A stretch of DNA of 64,000 nucleotides from an uncultured Methanosarcinaceae archaeon (GTDB taxonomy: Archaea > Halobacteriota > Methanosarcinia > Methanosarcinales > Methanosarcinaceae), in assembly GCA_963833425.1 (NCBI GenBank), contig CAWHXP010000002.1, positions 224,001 through 288,000 on the forward strand. Reading direction: 5' to 3'. Below, piece after piece: positions 1 through 11,157 of this stretch (positions are counted from its first letter, which is position 1; every line of letters begins with the position of its first letter). A program made the position numbers and the translations under genes. The notes beneath the pieces are model-generated. The model did not search any database, had not been told where the DNA came from, and saw only the letters and a list, made by a program, of their open reading frames with translations.

Positions 1-119
1 AGTCTATGCATCAGAATGTTTTTTGCACTTACGCCTTCAAAGATGCTTTTGGAGACATCTTCAAGTGTAACCGGAATTGTACAAATTTTTTCGATTATTT
101 CTTTTTCTTTAAGTAACAT
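1..119 (-). CDS. 5' part of a gene running off the window edge (MLLKEKEIIEKICTIPVTLEDVSKSIFEGVSAKNILMHR...), product unknown
   Basis: ATG at 119 on the minus strand, frame open to position 1, weak SD-like AAGTGA upstream. Confidence 0.4.
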   Translation of the reverse strand, partial: MLLKEKEIIEKICTIPVTLEDVSKSIFEGVSAKNILMHR

Positions 120-1117
120 CTAGTTTTCACTTCTGTAGAAGTATAGCATGGTGGTATCTTCTTTTGTGTTTTAAGGCTTATGCAGTTGGACTGAGGGATC
201 AAGAACGTTGAGACTTCAACTAGTTAAAAATAGCTTAGGTTATAATGTTTAAAGCATTTGATTTTATATCATATCCAAAGTTTTATTTTTATTTTTGGGA
301 ATTGATTCTGGGATTAAACATATCAAAGAATGGATATAGCAGGATTTCGGCATTTTAATCCCAGCTTTTGGACCTCTATTAAAAAACTATGAAAATGAGG
401 TATTAAGTATATAGTATTTTATTATTTTATGTAATATACAGTAAAAGGTCATAGTATATTAATATATTCTAACTCGATATATATTATAATTATTTATCAT
501 GATTAATTTTGTCTAATTATGTGTTTCGAGCTTGAAATTTGAGGGGCACAAGCTAAAGTTTTTGCAACATATCGTCGGAACAAATATAAGGGATATAAAA
601 TAATATGTAATTCTTCGAATAAAATACCTAAATAAATGGAAGTGTGTCTTACCTGAATCTTTTTTGAGCATTTGCTATGTTGTTATTTTGGAAAAAAAAT
701 TTGTCCTAATTTTTATTTTTAAAACAGCCTCAAAACGAATATGTGAATTGCCATCAAAAGCTCAAATGAAGTTTGATCATGGATGTTAAATAGGCCTTTT
801 ATGAAATTTCACTGGCCAATTAATTGGTGATTAAAATTGGCAGAAATAGTAACCAATCAACATTTAGTAGATGCACACAAAAGATATCTGTAGGCGTTAT
901 TATAATACAAAATGGGATCTGGTAGCTTCTTTAGAAGGAGTGAAATTTAGCGAAGTACTGGATTTAGCAGAAAATTCAACAAATTTCATTGAGAAACCTT
1001 CATCTATTGCGGCAAAAAGGATAATCAATACATTTATTGAATGAGTGTATAGTTCTCAATGACACTGAGAATTCACTTTATATTACGACTCCTACATAAA
1101 ATTAAAGAAAATCTATT

Positions 1118-1187
1118 AGAGCGGATCCGAAAAATTTTGTGACATACATTTGATAATGTTGCATCATTGATTTTTCGGATCGGCTCT
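1118..1187. mobile_element. 70-bp miniature inverted-repeat element (GAGCC/GGATCCGAAAA-type ends)
   Basis: AGAGCGGATCCGAAAAA ... TTTTTCGGATCGGCTCT; related ends at 13492, 13544 and 26451-26577. Confidence 0.6.
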
Positions 1188-1516
1188 TAACGGTTGCTGG
1201 TCTCTAACGAATGAATGTAGCAAAAATCAGCTTCAGTGAAGTATGAATATTTGCAGTGAAAAAACTATGGAATGTATAAACAGCAGAGGATAAAGCAAAA
1301 ATGATAATCTTAATAGTACCTTTCCGTTCTATCTGTTTCAGATGATTATTTAGATGAATATGAATGCTTTGAGATTGAAGATATTGAAATTCTAGGATTC
1401 CAGTTGGTAATTTCTCTATAGGCTAGTTAGATGCGAAGTTGAAATTCATAGGAACAATGAGACTTATTTATTCTGAAATTTACAGTAGCAGAAAAAAAGC
1501 AAGCATCAACTAATTT

Positions 1517-1627
1517 GGGCTCACGCAGTTGAACTTAAAATCAACCATGTTAAGTTGTAACTGTTTAAAAAAGAGTTTGTCCACAACGCCTGATGTAGTT
1601 GATTTTGTTCATCAAATGCGTAAGCTC
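1517..1627. mobile_element. ~110-bp MITE (GGGCTCACGCAGTTGA-type ends)
   Basis: Ends GGGCTCACGCAGTTGA / TCAAATGCGTAAGCTC; a diverged inverted copy lies at ~41999-42110. Confidence 0.55.
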
Positions 1628-1981
1628 TAATCAATAAATTTGTGATCAATCGTGTGAGTTCCCTTGATACATATTATCTATATTGCTATAGGAGGTATGT
1701 TACTACTTGGAAATGCAACTTATGGAACTGGAATCTAAGTTGGAAGTTCCTATATCGATATCAGAAAAGTGAAAATTGTTACCTTTTTTAATGATAGTAG
1801 ATCGGTCTCAACCCTAATGAATGCGATACTCAGAGTTCCGTAGCCTTATGAAACCTTTGGTGGATATGGACCTCTTAGTTAAGGATCTTAGGGGGAAAAT
1901 CTAAAAAGCTTATGGCTATAAAGCTTATGCTATGATAGCGTAAAGATCTCGAGAATATGCGGATCTCCATATATGAAGAAT

Positions 1982-2374
1982 TCATATATAGCCTGTAATA
2001 TTCTGCCCAACTGGAGTGCTCTTTCTGATACAATCCTCCCCGTAATTTATTATGTTCTCAATCGCAGTTTTCAATATGGAAGGATATATTTCACCTACTT
2101 GCTCCCATACAGGTTTTCCATGACAGAAAGACTTAAACGTTGGAGTACTCTGAATCCCATACCTTTCTGAAGTCCATGTATTTGTTACAGTATTTATGCG
2201 GGCAAAAACTGCAGAGTTCTTGAATTCTTGTGCATAATCCTCAAAATAAGGCTCCATAGTCTCACAAAAAAGGCACTCTGGGCTGTAAAACATTACAATA
2301 ACTGGTTTTGAAGACTCTTCTACCATCTGTTCCCAGATCATATCATCAACTTCAACTACATTGAGTCCGTTCAA
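1982..2374 (-). CDS. Thioredoxin-family protein
   Basis: VMFYSPECLFC CxxC motif and TPTF cis-Pro motif. Probable start is TTG at 2374 after a GGGGGT SD; the ORF track extends to 2422. Confidence 0.85.
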   Translation of the reverse strand: MNGLNVVEVDDMIWEQMVEESSKPVIVMFYSPECLFCETMEPYFEDYAQEFKNSAVFARINTVTNTWTSERYGIQSTPTFKSFCHGKPVWEQVGEIYPSILKTAIENIINYGEDCIRKSTPVGQNITGYI

Positions 2375-2954
2375 TCTTTTACCCCCGTATATTAATAGCG
2401 GATAGAATATTAGAATTGACAAAATAAGTATCTATTGCTTGGATTATTACCTTAATTTAAACCTGGTCATAATAATTTATGTCTTAGTGCAGCTGAGTAT
2501 TCCAAGATTGATTCTCAGATTCTCTAATGAATATTTAAGATATGGCTTGACTAACTATAGGGTATAGAGAATAACAGTGTACAACTTATCTTTAAAAATC
2601 ATTTATATGAATTTATAGGCGTATGATAAAATATAGGGATTCATCGAAATCCTCTAAGCCAACTCATTAATTATATTTTAAAAATAAATTATAGTTGCAA
2701 ATATAATTATTGACACATAAGCCACCCGAAATTCTGCAATCACGGAAAGAAAGAAACCTTGTGATACGTTATTTTATCACACAATGATTTGCATGATTCA
2801 ATTTCATTTACATTACAAAAGTAGCTAAAAACATAAATCAGTTAGTTAATAATGGTTCTCAGGGAAATTTTCATCCCCGCAGATTACTGCGGGGTATTTA
2901 AATGAAATTAACCCCTGTTGCATCGAAACGTATCTATTTATCATTTCTCGAAGA

Positions 2955-3417
2955 TTATTCAATCTGTATTTTTTTTGCTGGCTCTTCTATTTCCATTTTT
3001 GGGAGTGTTACAGTCAACACACCATTTTCAATTTTTGCAGTGCTTCCCTCCTCTTTAACGCTGGTAGGCAGGCGGACAGCTCGGTAAAAGTGTGTATATT
3101 CTCTTTCCTTACGAATATATCCTTCCTCTTCGGTTTCTTTTTTCCTTTCCGCTCTTTGCACTTATCTCAAGCATGTCTTCTTTAAGGTTTAGCTCGATAT
3201 CTTCTTTATTTATTCCTGGCAGATCTGTAGTGACCAAAAGCTTGTTTCCTTCGTCCTTGATGTCAATGGCAGGAGTAAATACATTTCCTCCTGCCAATTT
3301 TTTCATAGGCATGAAGTCTTCAAAAAGCAGGTTCAGGCGTTCCTGTGTTTTCCTAATCTCTTCAAAAGGATCCCAACGTGTGGATCCTGAAATTGTTCTC
3401 TTAGCAGGCCAGTTCAT
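2955..3417 (-). pseudogene. Small heat-shock protein (Hsp20), split by a 1-nt frameshift
   Basis: N-half (WDPFEEIR..PAIDIKD..DLPGINKEDI) and C-half (RKER..FYRAVRLP..AKIENGVLTVTLPK) are in different frames; junction is in an A6 run at 3138-3143. Confidence 0.85.
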
Positions 3418-3916
3418 ATAAAATATCTCCATAAAATAAAATTATGACACAATAGTTGTATTATTTTGAAGGGGGCTATATAATATTTTCTTTAACAATT
3501 TCATTGAAATTGGGGTATTAATCATTTTTCAAATTTGTTCAATGTCTTAAGGCAAGCCCGCAAAATAAAAATTTTTATTTTATCTATCAAGTGTTTTAAG
3601 AGCTCTGGTCTGGCTCTTAAAACCTATAATTTGATCTAGAATAAATATGCATTGCTTCTTTATGGAATTAAAAAAAAAATCTTAATATTAAATTTGTATT
3701 ATCTCCTATAATAACAAAAAATAATTAATATAAAAATATTGTTTGGTTTTAAAATATTTTATGGGGGAATAATTTTTATTCATAAACTATTTTTTGTATA
3801 ATTAATTTAAAATAATCAAATGGTTAATTGTACGTTGTAACTTAAAGCGAACAGATGGATAGCTGAAGAGTGAAAAAGTGAGAGAGTAGTATGTGTGAGT
3901 ATATTGGGTCATTGTA

Positions 3917-4006
3917 GAGAATTTCAATAAACCTCCAATTTTAACAAATTTCTTATATGGACTAGTACAAATATTTGAATAAAAATTGGAGTTTATCGAA
4001 AGTCTC
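3917..4006. mobile_element. 90-bp MITE with IS5-like terminal inverted repeats
   Basis: GAGAATTTCAATAAACCTCCAATTTT ... AAAATTGGAGTTTATCGAAAGTCTC, TA on both flanks; ends match the IS5 at 33232-34363. Confidence 0.75.
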
Positions 4007-4971
4007 TAAATATGATGGAACTAGAAAGCTACATTTATTTTTAATTATATCTCAATAACAATATAAAATTATTTGTGTTTACATATATTATTGAAAATCA
4101 TAAACACAAAATTCTCCCAACATATTTCCAAATGGGAGATATACTTGTTTTTCACACTTGATCAACGATTCAAAAATACAATATGAAGTCTTATTTCGTG
4201 AATATACATTGCCGACTTTTGTTGGTATGAACTATACTTCCTAAATTATTTGCTATATAATAAGTGAAGAATAAGTACTAAATTGACAAATTGAGGTACT
4301 TTATATATTAATATCGTTTTTGAGGAAGACCTATTCGAAGATTTCTTTATATACGCATTTTTTTTAGCCATGATAAAATATAATTTATATTTTATATTAC
4401 TTGTTATTGCGATGTTTACTAAAAAATAATTAAAGGGCAGAATTCGTGAAAAAAATAATAGATTTATAAGCTACTAAAATTCTGATTTGAGAGCTTCCGA
4501 AAAGAATTTTTTTACGATATATTATATAAAAAAATTATATGATGCTTTATTTAGAGAGAAATTGTTTGGGTAACATAGTTTCCATTTCATGTCGCAAATG
4601 CAGCTTAAAACCATAAATCAGTTGGTTAATAACGGTTCTCTATGCTCTATGATTATTCATAAGTAGTAAATCTGCGGGGTATTCGACGTGAATAAACTCA
4701 AAAATAAGATACATCTCCGCAAAAATCACCAAATCATTTCGTGAAGAATATTAATCATTTCGACTTCAGAATTCTACATATTGAATTCTCTAGAAGTGAA
4801 TACAAAAATAAGTAAGATGCATTGATGAAGTTTTCCTACTAACTATTGCGGATCAATTCTAAATGAATTAAAATAGTCATTTGGAACTATAGCAAAATAA
4901 AACTACCAATTTATACAAAAAGTTTTTATCTTAAAACGCGTAATTCGTATTTCTCAAAATAAAAGCAAATT

Positions 4972-5046
4972 GGGCTCGTGGCTTAGCCTGGATATAGCAC
5001 TGGGCTTCTAACCCAGACGTCGGGGGTTCAAATCCCTTCGAGCCCG
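4972..5046 (+). tRNA. tRNA-Arg (anticodon TCT)
   Basis: Acceptor stem GGGCTCG/CGAGCCC, anticodon arm CTGGG-CTTCTAA-CCCAG, T-loop GTTCAAATC; no intron, CCA not encoded. Confidence 0.95.
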
Positions 5047-5686
5047 CTATTCCTTTTGATAATCTCTGATACCAGTCAAATCAGTAATTAATTCATTTTT
5101 TGTTTGTTCATCAAATATTTTGATCCAATTCTTAAAAAGTGCTGTAGATTTAGCTAATTCTGTGTATTTATCTCTGATAGATTCTCTGAGTCTCGTAACC
5201 AACTTAAATAATTATATTCGGTTTTATCTCTAAACTTTTTTAGATAAATTCAAATAAATTTAGTTCAGGTGAATGTGACGACAAGAATACAAATATAATC
5301 TCCAATTGCTTTGCCTTTTTGACCATAATATCTGAATGATTGTTTTGGAGTTATTTATTACGACTATTATATCAAATTATTTTTTTAACTATTCAAGATA
5401 TAGGTATCTTTTTCTCTTGCGCTTAGATAGAATAGAGTCTTAATCGGCAAACTTTCTTTCTGATTATAGAAGTAATTTTCGGGACTGGAAAGATTCGGAA
5501 CTACTGATATTTTATAAAAAAATTTATAAAATATAGGATTTCATAACTCAAAGTAATTTTTAAAAAATTAAAGGGCAGAATATTAAAACTCGATATCGAT
5601 TCATTTCAGGATAATAGATTTTGGAACTCGCTCTTAAACCATAAAACCAGGATTTCGGATCAATTTCAGAAAAGAAAAAATAAAAT

Positions 5687-7630
5687 GTGGTATTTGAAAT
5701 GGAACAGATAGCAGATGAACAAATCACTGAACATGATAGCAAATCCATGCTACAGAAAATAATTGAAAAAACCATTGATTCTGCCAGTCGGACCATGCTT
5801 CATAAAGCTAAGCAGGAAGGCACGGAGACTGCTTGGGACAGATATGAGAAACAAATCCCCCAGTGCAGTTTCGGGCAACTCGGGGTTTGCTGCCGGAATT
5901 GCAATATGGGTCCTTGCAGGATAGATCCCTTCGGTGAAGCTCCTGATAAGGGAATTTGTGGCGCTACTGCAGATATTATAGTTGCAAGAAATCTTCTGAG
6001 GACTATTGCTGCAGGTGCAGCAGCTCATTCAGATCACGCAAGGGATGCAGTGCTAACCTTTAAGAAAATGAGTGAAAGAGAAACCGGAAGTTACTCGATC
6101 AAAGACGAAGCTAAGCTACTATCTCTTGCCTTGGAATATGGGGTTCTTACCAAGGGGAAAAGCTGTGCTGAAATGGCATCAGAACTCGCAGACTTGCTGC
6201 TTCTTGAGTTTGGAAAACAGAATGGATCGCTTCTGTGTACAAAGCGGGCTCCGGAGCCGCGGCTTAAATTATGGGCTGAACTTGGAATAGAGCCCAGGGG
6301 GATTGACAGGGAGATTGTTGAATGTATGCACAGAACCAATATGGGTGTAGACAATAATGCAACTCATATTCTTCTACATGGTCTGCGTACAGGACTATCG
6401 GATGGCTGGGGAGGATCGATGATTGCAACAGATGTTCAGGACATACTTTTCGGAACCCCACAACCGAGAAGGAGCACTGTTAATCTGGGGGTATTATCCA
6501 GGGATAAAGTAAACGTGATAATCCATGGCCATGAACCCATTCTTTCGGAGATGATTGTGGAAGCCTCAGAAGACCCCGAGCTTATTAAACTTGCACAGGA
6601 AAATGGAGCATCAGGCATAAATGTTGCAGGGATCTGCTGTACTGGGAACGAAATCCTGATGCGCCATGGGACTCCAATAGTGGGAAGTTTCCTTCAGCAG
6701 GAACTGGCAGTGATCACTGGAGCAGTGGAGGCTATGGTCGTAGATGTCCAATGCATTATGCCCTCATTAGGCGATCTTGCTGGCTGCTACCACACAAAAT
6801 TCATATCCACGTCACCAAAGGCCGATTTTCCCGGGACTGTGAGAATGGAATTTCATGAAGATAGAGCTTATGATACCGCAAAAAAAATAGTAAGAATAGC
6901 CGTCGAAAACTTTCCTTCCCGAAATCCAGAGAAGGTAAATATCCCTGAAGAAAAGCAGGAATGTATGGTTGGATTCAGCGCTGAAGCCATACTTAGTGCG
7001 CTTGGTGGAAGCCCTGACCCTCTCATTGAGGCAATAAAAAACGGGACAATTTGGGGAGTAGGCGCGGTTGTCGGCTGCAATAATGTAAAAATAAAGCATA
7101 ACTATGGACATGTCAATCTTGTTAAGGAACTAATAAAAAACAACGTGCTAGTGGTCACAACCGGTTGTAATGCAATTGCCTGTGCAGAAGCCGGGCTTCT
7201 TGTTCCGGAGGCCTCCAAAATTGCCGGTGACGGGCTAAAAGTAGTATGTGAGGCTCTTGGTATACCTCCGATACTGCATATGGGCTCCTGCGTTGACATC
7301 AGTCGCATTCTGTTACTTTCTTCAATCCTTGCAAGCCGATTGGGTGTGGATATAAGCGACCTTCCTGCAGCAGGAGCCGCTCCAGAATGGATGAGTGAAA
7401 AAGCAGTTAGTATCGGGGCATATGTAGTCGCCTCAGGAGTTTTAGTTGTTCTAGGCACTGTTCCGCCTGTTTTTGGGAGCCAGGCAGTTACTGCCCTTCT
7501 GACAAACGGCTTAAACAATGTTGTCGGAGCAAGATTTGCTGTCGAGCCTGATCCCATTAAAGCCGCATACCTGATGCTTGAACATATTGACGAGAAAAGA
7601 AGGTCTTTGGGCTTGAACTCAGTCAGGTGA
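5687..7630 (+). CDS. cooS: Monofunctional Ni-Fe carbon monoxide dehydrogenase, catalytic subunit
   Basis: D/B-cluster Cys (QCSFG..CCRNCNMGPC..GICG); C-cluster ligands HGHEP, GICCTG, DVQC, GCNN, TGC, HMGSCVD; MSEKA. Confidence 0.95.
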   Translation: MVFEMEQIADEQITEHDSKSMLQKIIEKTIDSASRTMLHKAKQEGTETAWDRYEKQIPQCSFGQLGVCCRNCNMGPCRIDPFGEAPDKGICGATADIIVARNLLRTIAAGAAAHSDHARDAVLTFKKMSERETGSYSIKDEAKLLSLALEYGVLTKGKSCAEMASELADLLLLEFGKQNGSLLCTKRAPEPRLKLWAELGIEPRGIDREIVECMHRTNMGVDNNATHILLHGLRTGLSDGWGGSMIATDVQDILFGTPQPRRSTVNLGVLSRDKVNVIIHGHEPILSEMIVEASEDPELIKLAQENGASGINVAGICCTGNEILMRHGTPIVGSFLQQELAVITGAVEAMVVDVQCIMPSLGDLAGCYHTKFISTSPKADFPGTVRMEFHEDRAYDTAKKIVRIAVENFPSRNPEKVNIPEEKQECMVGFSAEAILSALGGSPDPLIEAIKNGTIWGVGAVVGCNNVKIKHNYGHVNLVKELIKNNVLVVTTGCNAIACAEAGLLVPEASKIAGDGLKVVCEALGIPPILHMGSCVDISRILLLSSILASRLGVDISDLPAAGAAPEWMSEKAVSIGAYVVASGVLVVLGTVPPVFGSQAVTALLTNGLNNVVGARFAVEPDPIKAAYLMLEHIDEKRRSLGLNSVR

Positions 7631-7636
7631 TTTGCG

Positions 7637-8173
7637 GTGAAAGATTTAATGATCCGGCCCGAACGTTGCCTTGGATGTCGCTCCTGCGAGATTGCCTGCG
7701 CTGTTGCCCATTCAAAGAGTAAGAGCCTTTTTTCAGCTTTAGGAGAACAACCGGCTCCACAAAAATGCATAAATGTGGATTGTTCACCTAATCTTGAAAT
7801 CTCCATTCCAATAACCTGCCGTCATTGTGAGGATGCGCCTTGTGTAGCGGTTTGTCCCACGAAAGCTCTTGCCCAGGATACAATTACCAGCATTGTAAAC
7901 TGCAATCCTAAGCTTTGCGTAGACTGCTGGACCTGTGCAATGGTTTGTCCTCGCTTTTTGCCACTATACAGATTGATTCTTGTCATCGGCTGCTGGACCA
8001 GTTCCATGGCTTACAATCGTCGAGTGATCAGCAGACAAACTGAAGTGGGGGTAAAATGTGATCTCTGCAATGGTAGGGAGTTACCTGCCTGCGTAGAGGC
8101 TTGTCCGACTCATGCTCTCGTATTTGCCGAGGTAGAAGACATTTTGGGGATCAAACGCACCGAAACTGTCTGA
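7637..8173 (+). CDS. cooF: CooF-like 4Fe-4S electron-transfer protein
   Basis: CLGCRSCEIAC, CRHCEDAPCVAVCP, CVDCWTCAMVCP, KCDLC..PACVEACP; 6 nt after cooS. Confidence 0.9.
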   Translation: MKDLMIRPERCLGCRSCEIACAVAHSKSKSLFSALGEQPAPQKCINVDCSPNLEISIPITCRHCEDAPCVAVCPTKALAQDTITSIVNCNPKLCVDCWTCAMVCPRFLPLYRLILVIGCWTSSMAYNRRVISRQTEVGVKCDLCNGRELPACVEACPTHALVFAEVEDILGIKRTETV

Positions 8174-8905
8174 AGATTTTATTGTTAATGAGAAAGATTC
8201 TTTATGTTAGCCCAGTGACCGTTTACTTAATCTATATTATCGATATTTATTCCAAAAGTATAGGCTCTAACATGCTCTTTGCTTAATCAAGTAACTTCCC
8301 GCTCTCTAATTGAGCTTAATTCAATCTCATGACTTCTGGATAAAAATATGAAGGAGTTGTGTATGGTGTCAAGTGTCGTATTGTTAATTTTTTTCAGGTC
8401 TTTGAATCCACTGCTGAAGTTTTCTTCCCTTTGTTTCGGTTCTGCACCATGCTGTAGAATCCCCAAAAGCTCATTTTAGAGAATTCTAAAGAGAATAACG
8501 AATAGGATGGTAGACTCTTACTTGAAGCAATATAGTTTTTTATGGTTTATACTCATAGGGAGATTGGAAAATTAAGAGAAGTACTTCAGAAAGAGTTTTA
8601 TTTTCCAGGAGCTTGTGAATGCTTAAGTCTCAAAAAAAATTTAAAAATCTAATGTAAGCAAAAATAAAAGGAATAAAAAGAGAACAGAGGTAACTATTAG
8701 CCTTTCAAAAATAAGTTGGTGAATATCTACTTTCGATGCAATATTTAATTATGGATACTAAAATGATTGGAAAATAAAGAAAATAGTCAATATTCGCAGT
8801 TGAATAAAATCAGCCTACAGAAATTTACTCATTGAATCCTTGTAAATGTGGATACTAATAATTTTTATCCGGGCTGAATATTTGTCAAAATGGATCAATT
8901 TGAAT

Positions 8906-9454
8906 TTACATAAATCGTTCAAATCTTTCTGTTCTTGCTTTACAGATCGGACAGACCTCTGGAGGTTTATCCATGGCACATAGATATCCGCAAACCTTAC
9001 ACCTCCATACTGGTTTTGGGATCTTTCCTGAAAGTTCCATTCTTTCTATCATCTCGGTTCTTTTGATTTCTTCAGCTATTGCAGCCTCTCTTTCCTCATG
9101 AGAAGGACGCCTTTCCACAATCGGCTCCAATCTTCTATCTCCTCGAATAACTTTCTCTGAAACATAAAGTGCGCAGTAACAGGCTCCGTAATCGTTTAGA
9201 TCGGGATCTCTGTAATAGCAAGGACAGATTATATCTAGATCCTCTTCTTTGTTATTAGCAGAAAGTCTGCACGGGCAAGACCAGTAGCCATAACGTCTCT
9301 CATTGGCCAACAGTCCCTTCACAAGATCCTTTGTAAACTCAACGTCAGGATTGAGATGATAACCCGATTTTTCAACCTCGTTACTCAAACGTCTATAGAC
9401 CCTGTCAACTTCTTCTTCAGTGATGTATTCTTCTGTAGCTTCTTCTTCCCTCAA
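8906..9454 (-). CDS. Ferredoxin:disulfide reductase (FTR-like catalytic domain plus C-terminal rubredoxin-like domain)
   Basis: CPCR, ICPC, CYCALY motifs; C-terminal [15 protein letters not shown]. Confidence 0.9.
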   Translation of the reverse strand: MREEEATEEYITEEEVDRVYRRLSNEVEKSGYHLNPDVEFTKDLVKGLLANERRYGYWSCPCRLSANNKEEDLDIICPCYYRDPDLNDYGACYCALYVSEKVIRGDRRLEPIVERRPSHEEREAAIAEEIKRTEMIERMELSGKIPKPVWRCKVCGYLCAMDKPPEVCPICKARTERFERFM

Positions 9455-9467
9455 TCAAACTACTCCT

Positions 9468-9773
9468 CTAAGAATCAAAAGCTTCACGAATTTCTTTCTC
9501 TTTAAAACCTAATATTGCTTTTTTCCCATTTATAATAGTCGTTGGGAAAGAAATCGATGGATTAAAACGTCTTATTTCCTGAATGATTTGATTTTTTTCT
9601 TCTCCATCAAGCTTGTCTACATATATATATTCAAAATCTATACCCAGGTCAGTGAGCAATTTCTTTGTCTTTTTGCACCATATACAGGTGCTCAGACTAT
9701 ACATTACAACTTTGCCTTTATCAATTCCAGGAATGTGATCTTTTTTCTCTTTATTCTGACTAGACTGATCCAT
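9468..9773 (-). CDS. Glutaredoxin-like protein (methanoredoxin type)
   Basis: YSLSTCIWC active site and SFPT motif; directly upstream of the disulfide reductase. Confidence 0.85.
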   Translation of the reverse strand: MDQSSQNKEKKDHIPGIDKGKVVMYSLSTCIWCKKTKKLLTDLGIDFEYIYVDKLDGEEKNQIIQEIRRFNPSISFPTTIINGKKAILGFKEKEIREAFDS

Positions 9774-9942
9774 TGCGTAAACCTCACGACCGCGATAAGT
9801 TATTATATATGTTTACTTTGCTTCGGAATAACTTTTATTCGTAGCCTGGCCGAAATTAAAAACTCTATATATTTCGGGTTTTATGAACTGTTCGTAAAAA
9901 ATTTGAATTTAAAGGAAAATAAAAAATAAGGCCTGAAAAGTT

Positions 9943-11154
9943 TTAGCTTTTATAATACCCGATCTCTTCTTTTGTAAGGTAACAGGCAGGGTCATCTGCC
10001 CAGATATCTCCATATACGGCTTCTGCTCGCACTCTTAAATTTCCATTGCATATATCTAACCATTTGCATCTGGCACATCTATCTCCATGAATTTTGATTA
10101 GGAGTTTTCTGTCCTTGAGCCCGGTCATCAGCTCATCTATGCGATCATTCCAGATTTCGCTGAATGGACGTTCTCTGATATTTCCAAAAGAATAATGCCT
10201 CCAGAACTGGTCGGCATGTACCGAACCATCCCATGATACACAGCCAATCCTGATTCCTGAGGAGTTTCCCTGATTCATTGATAGGAGTTCAAATACCTCT
10301 GCAGCCCGTTTTGGATTTTCTTTAAGAAGTTTCATATATAGATAGGGGCCATCACAGTGATTGTCCACAGTAAGGACTTCAGCAGGGAAACCATTTTTGT
10401 GCAGTTCTTTTGTTTTCTTGAGGATCATATCTACAGCTTGTCTTGACTCCTCGAGAGAGAGGTCATCACTTATCATATTCGAACCCCTACCCGCATAAAC
10501 CAGATGGTAAAAACATATTCTAGGAATTTTTTCTTTTTCTAGAAGTTTAAAGATTTCAGGAATTTCTTGGAAGTTTTGCTTATTCATGGTAAAACGGAGC
10601 CCCACCTTTATGCCTTCGTCCTGACAATTGCGTAGGCCCCGTAAAGCTGCATCAAATGCTCCGTTCATCCCCCTAAACTTGTCATTTGTTTCCCTCATCC
10701 CATCCAGAGAAATTCCCACGTAAGAAAGCTTTATAGCCTTTAATTTGCTTGCAAGTTCTTGGTCTATGAGCGTTCCGTTTGTAGAAATTACAGCCCTAAT
10801 CCCTTTTTTTTGAGCATAGGCTGCGAGTTCTGGAAGGTCTTTTCGCAAAGTTGGTTCCCCTCCGGAAAAAAGGATTACCGGACTTCCAAAGTCCACAAGA
10901 TCATCGATAAGAGCCTGTCCTTCTTCTGTAGAAAGCTCGTTTTCAAATTCTATGTTCTTTGCCTGAGCATAACAATGTATACATTTCAGATTGCAGCGGC
11001 GGGTTGTATTCCAGACCACTACAGGCTTTTTGTCTTTTGAGAACTGCAATAGATGAGAGGGGAGCCTCTTGGAATCACTTCCATAGCGGAGTGTATCAGA
11101 AGGTTCCACAGTTCCGCAGTAGAGTTTTGAAATGCCTATCATATCTATCTTCAC
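9943..11154 (-). CDS. ahbC: Radical SAM 12,18-didecarboxysiroheme deacetylase (Fe-coproporphyrin III synthase, alternative heme pathway)
   Basis: KPVVVWN..CNLKCIHCY, LTVDNHCDG, SPASM-like C-terminal Cys; in operon with hemD and cobA. Confidence 0.85.
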   Translation of the reverse strand: MKIDMIGISKLYCGTVEPSDTLRYGSDSKRLPSHLLQFSKDKKPVVVWNTTRRCNLKCIHCYAQAKNIEFENELSTEEGQALIDDLVDFGSPVILFSGGEPTLRKDLPELAAYAQKKGIRAVISTNGTLIDQELASKLKAIKLSYVGISLDGMRETNDKFRGMNGAFDAALRGLRNCQDEGIKVGLRFTMNKQNFQEIPEIFKLLEKEKIPRICFYHLVYAGRGSNMISDDLSLEESRQAVDMILKKTKELHKNGFPAEVLTVDNHCDGPYLYMKLLKENPKRAAEVFELLSMNQGNSSGIRIGCVSWDGSVHADQFWRHYSFGNIRERPFSEIWNDRIDELMTGLKDRKLLIKIHGDRCARCKWLDICNGNLRVRAEAVYGDIWADDPACYLTKEEIGYYKS

Positions 11155-11157
11155 AAC

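Noticed and set aside
870..1500. Possible decayed molybdopterin-oxidoreductase-like gene (..KWDLVASLEGVKFSEVLDLA..)
   Set aside because: Only a short resemblance among many stops, interrupted by a MITE; cannot be supported without a search.
9454..9470. Amber read-through fusing methanoredoxin to the disulfide reductase
   Set aside because: The TAG and the downstream start are 16 nt apart, so they are out of frame.
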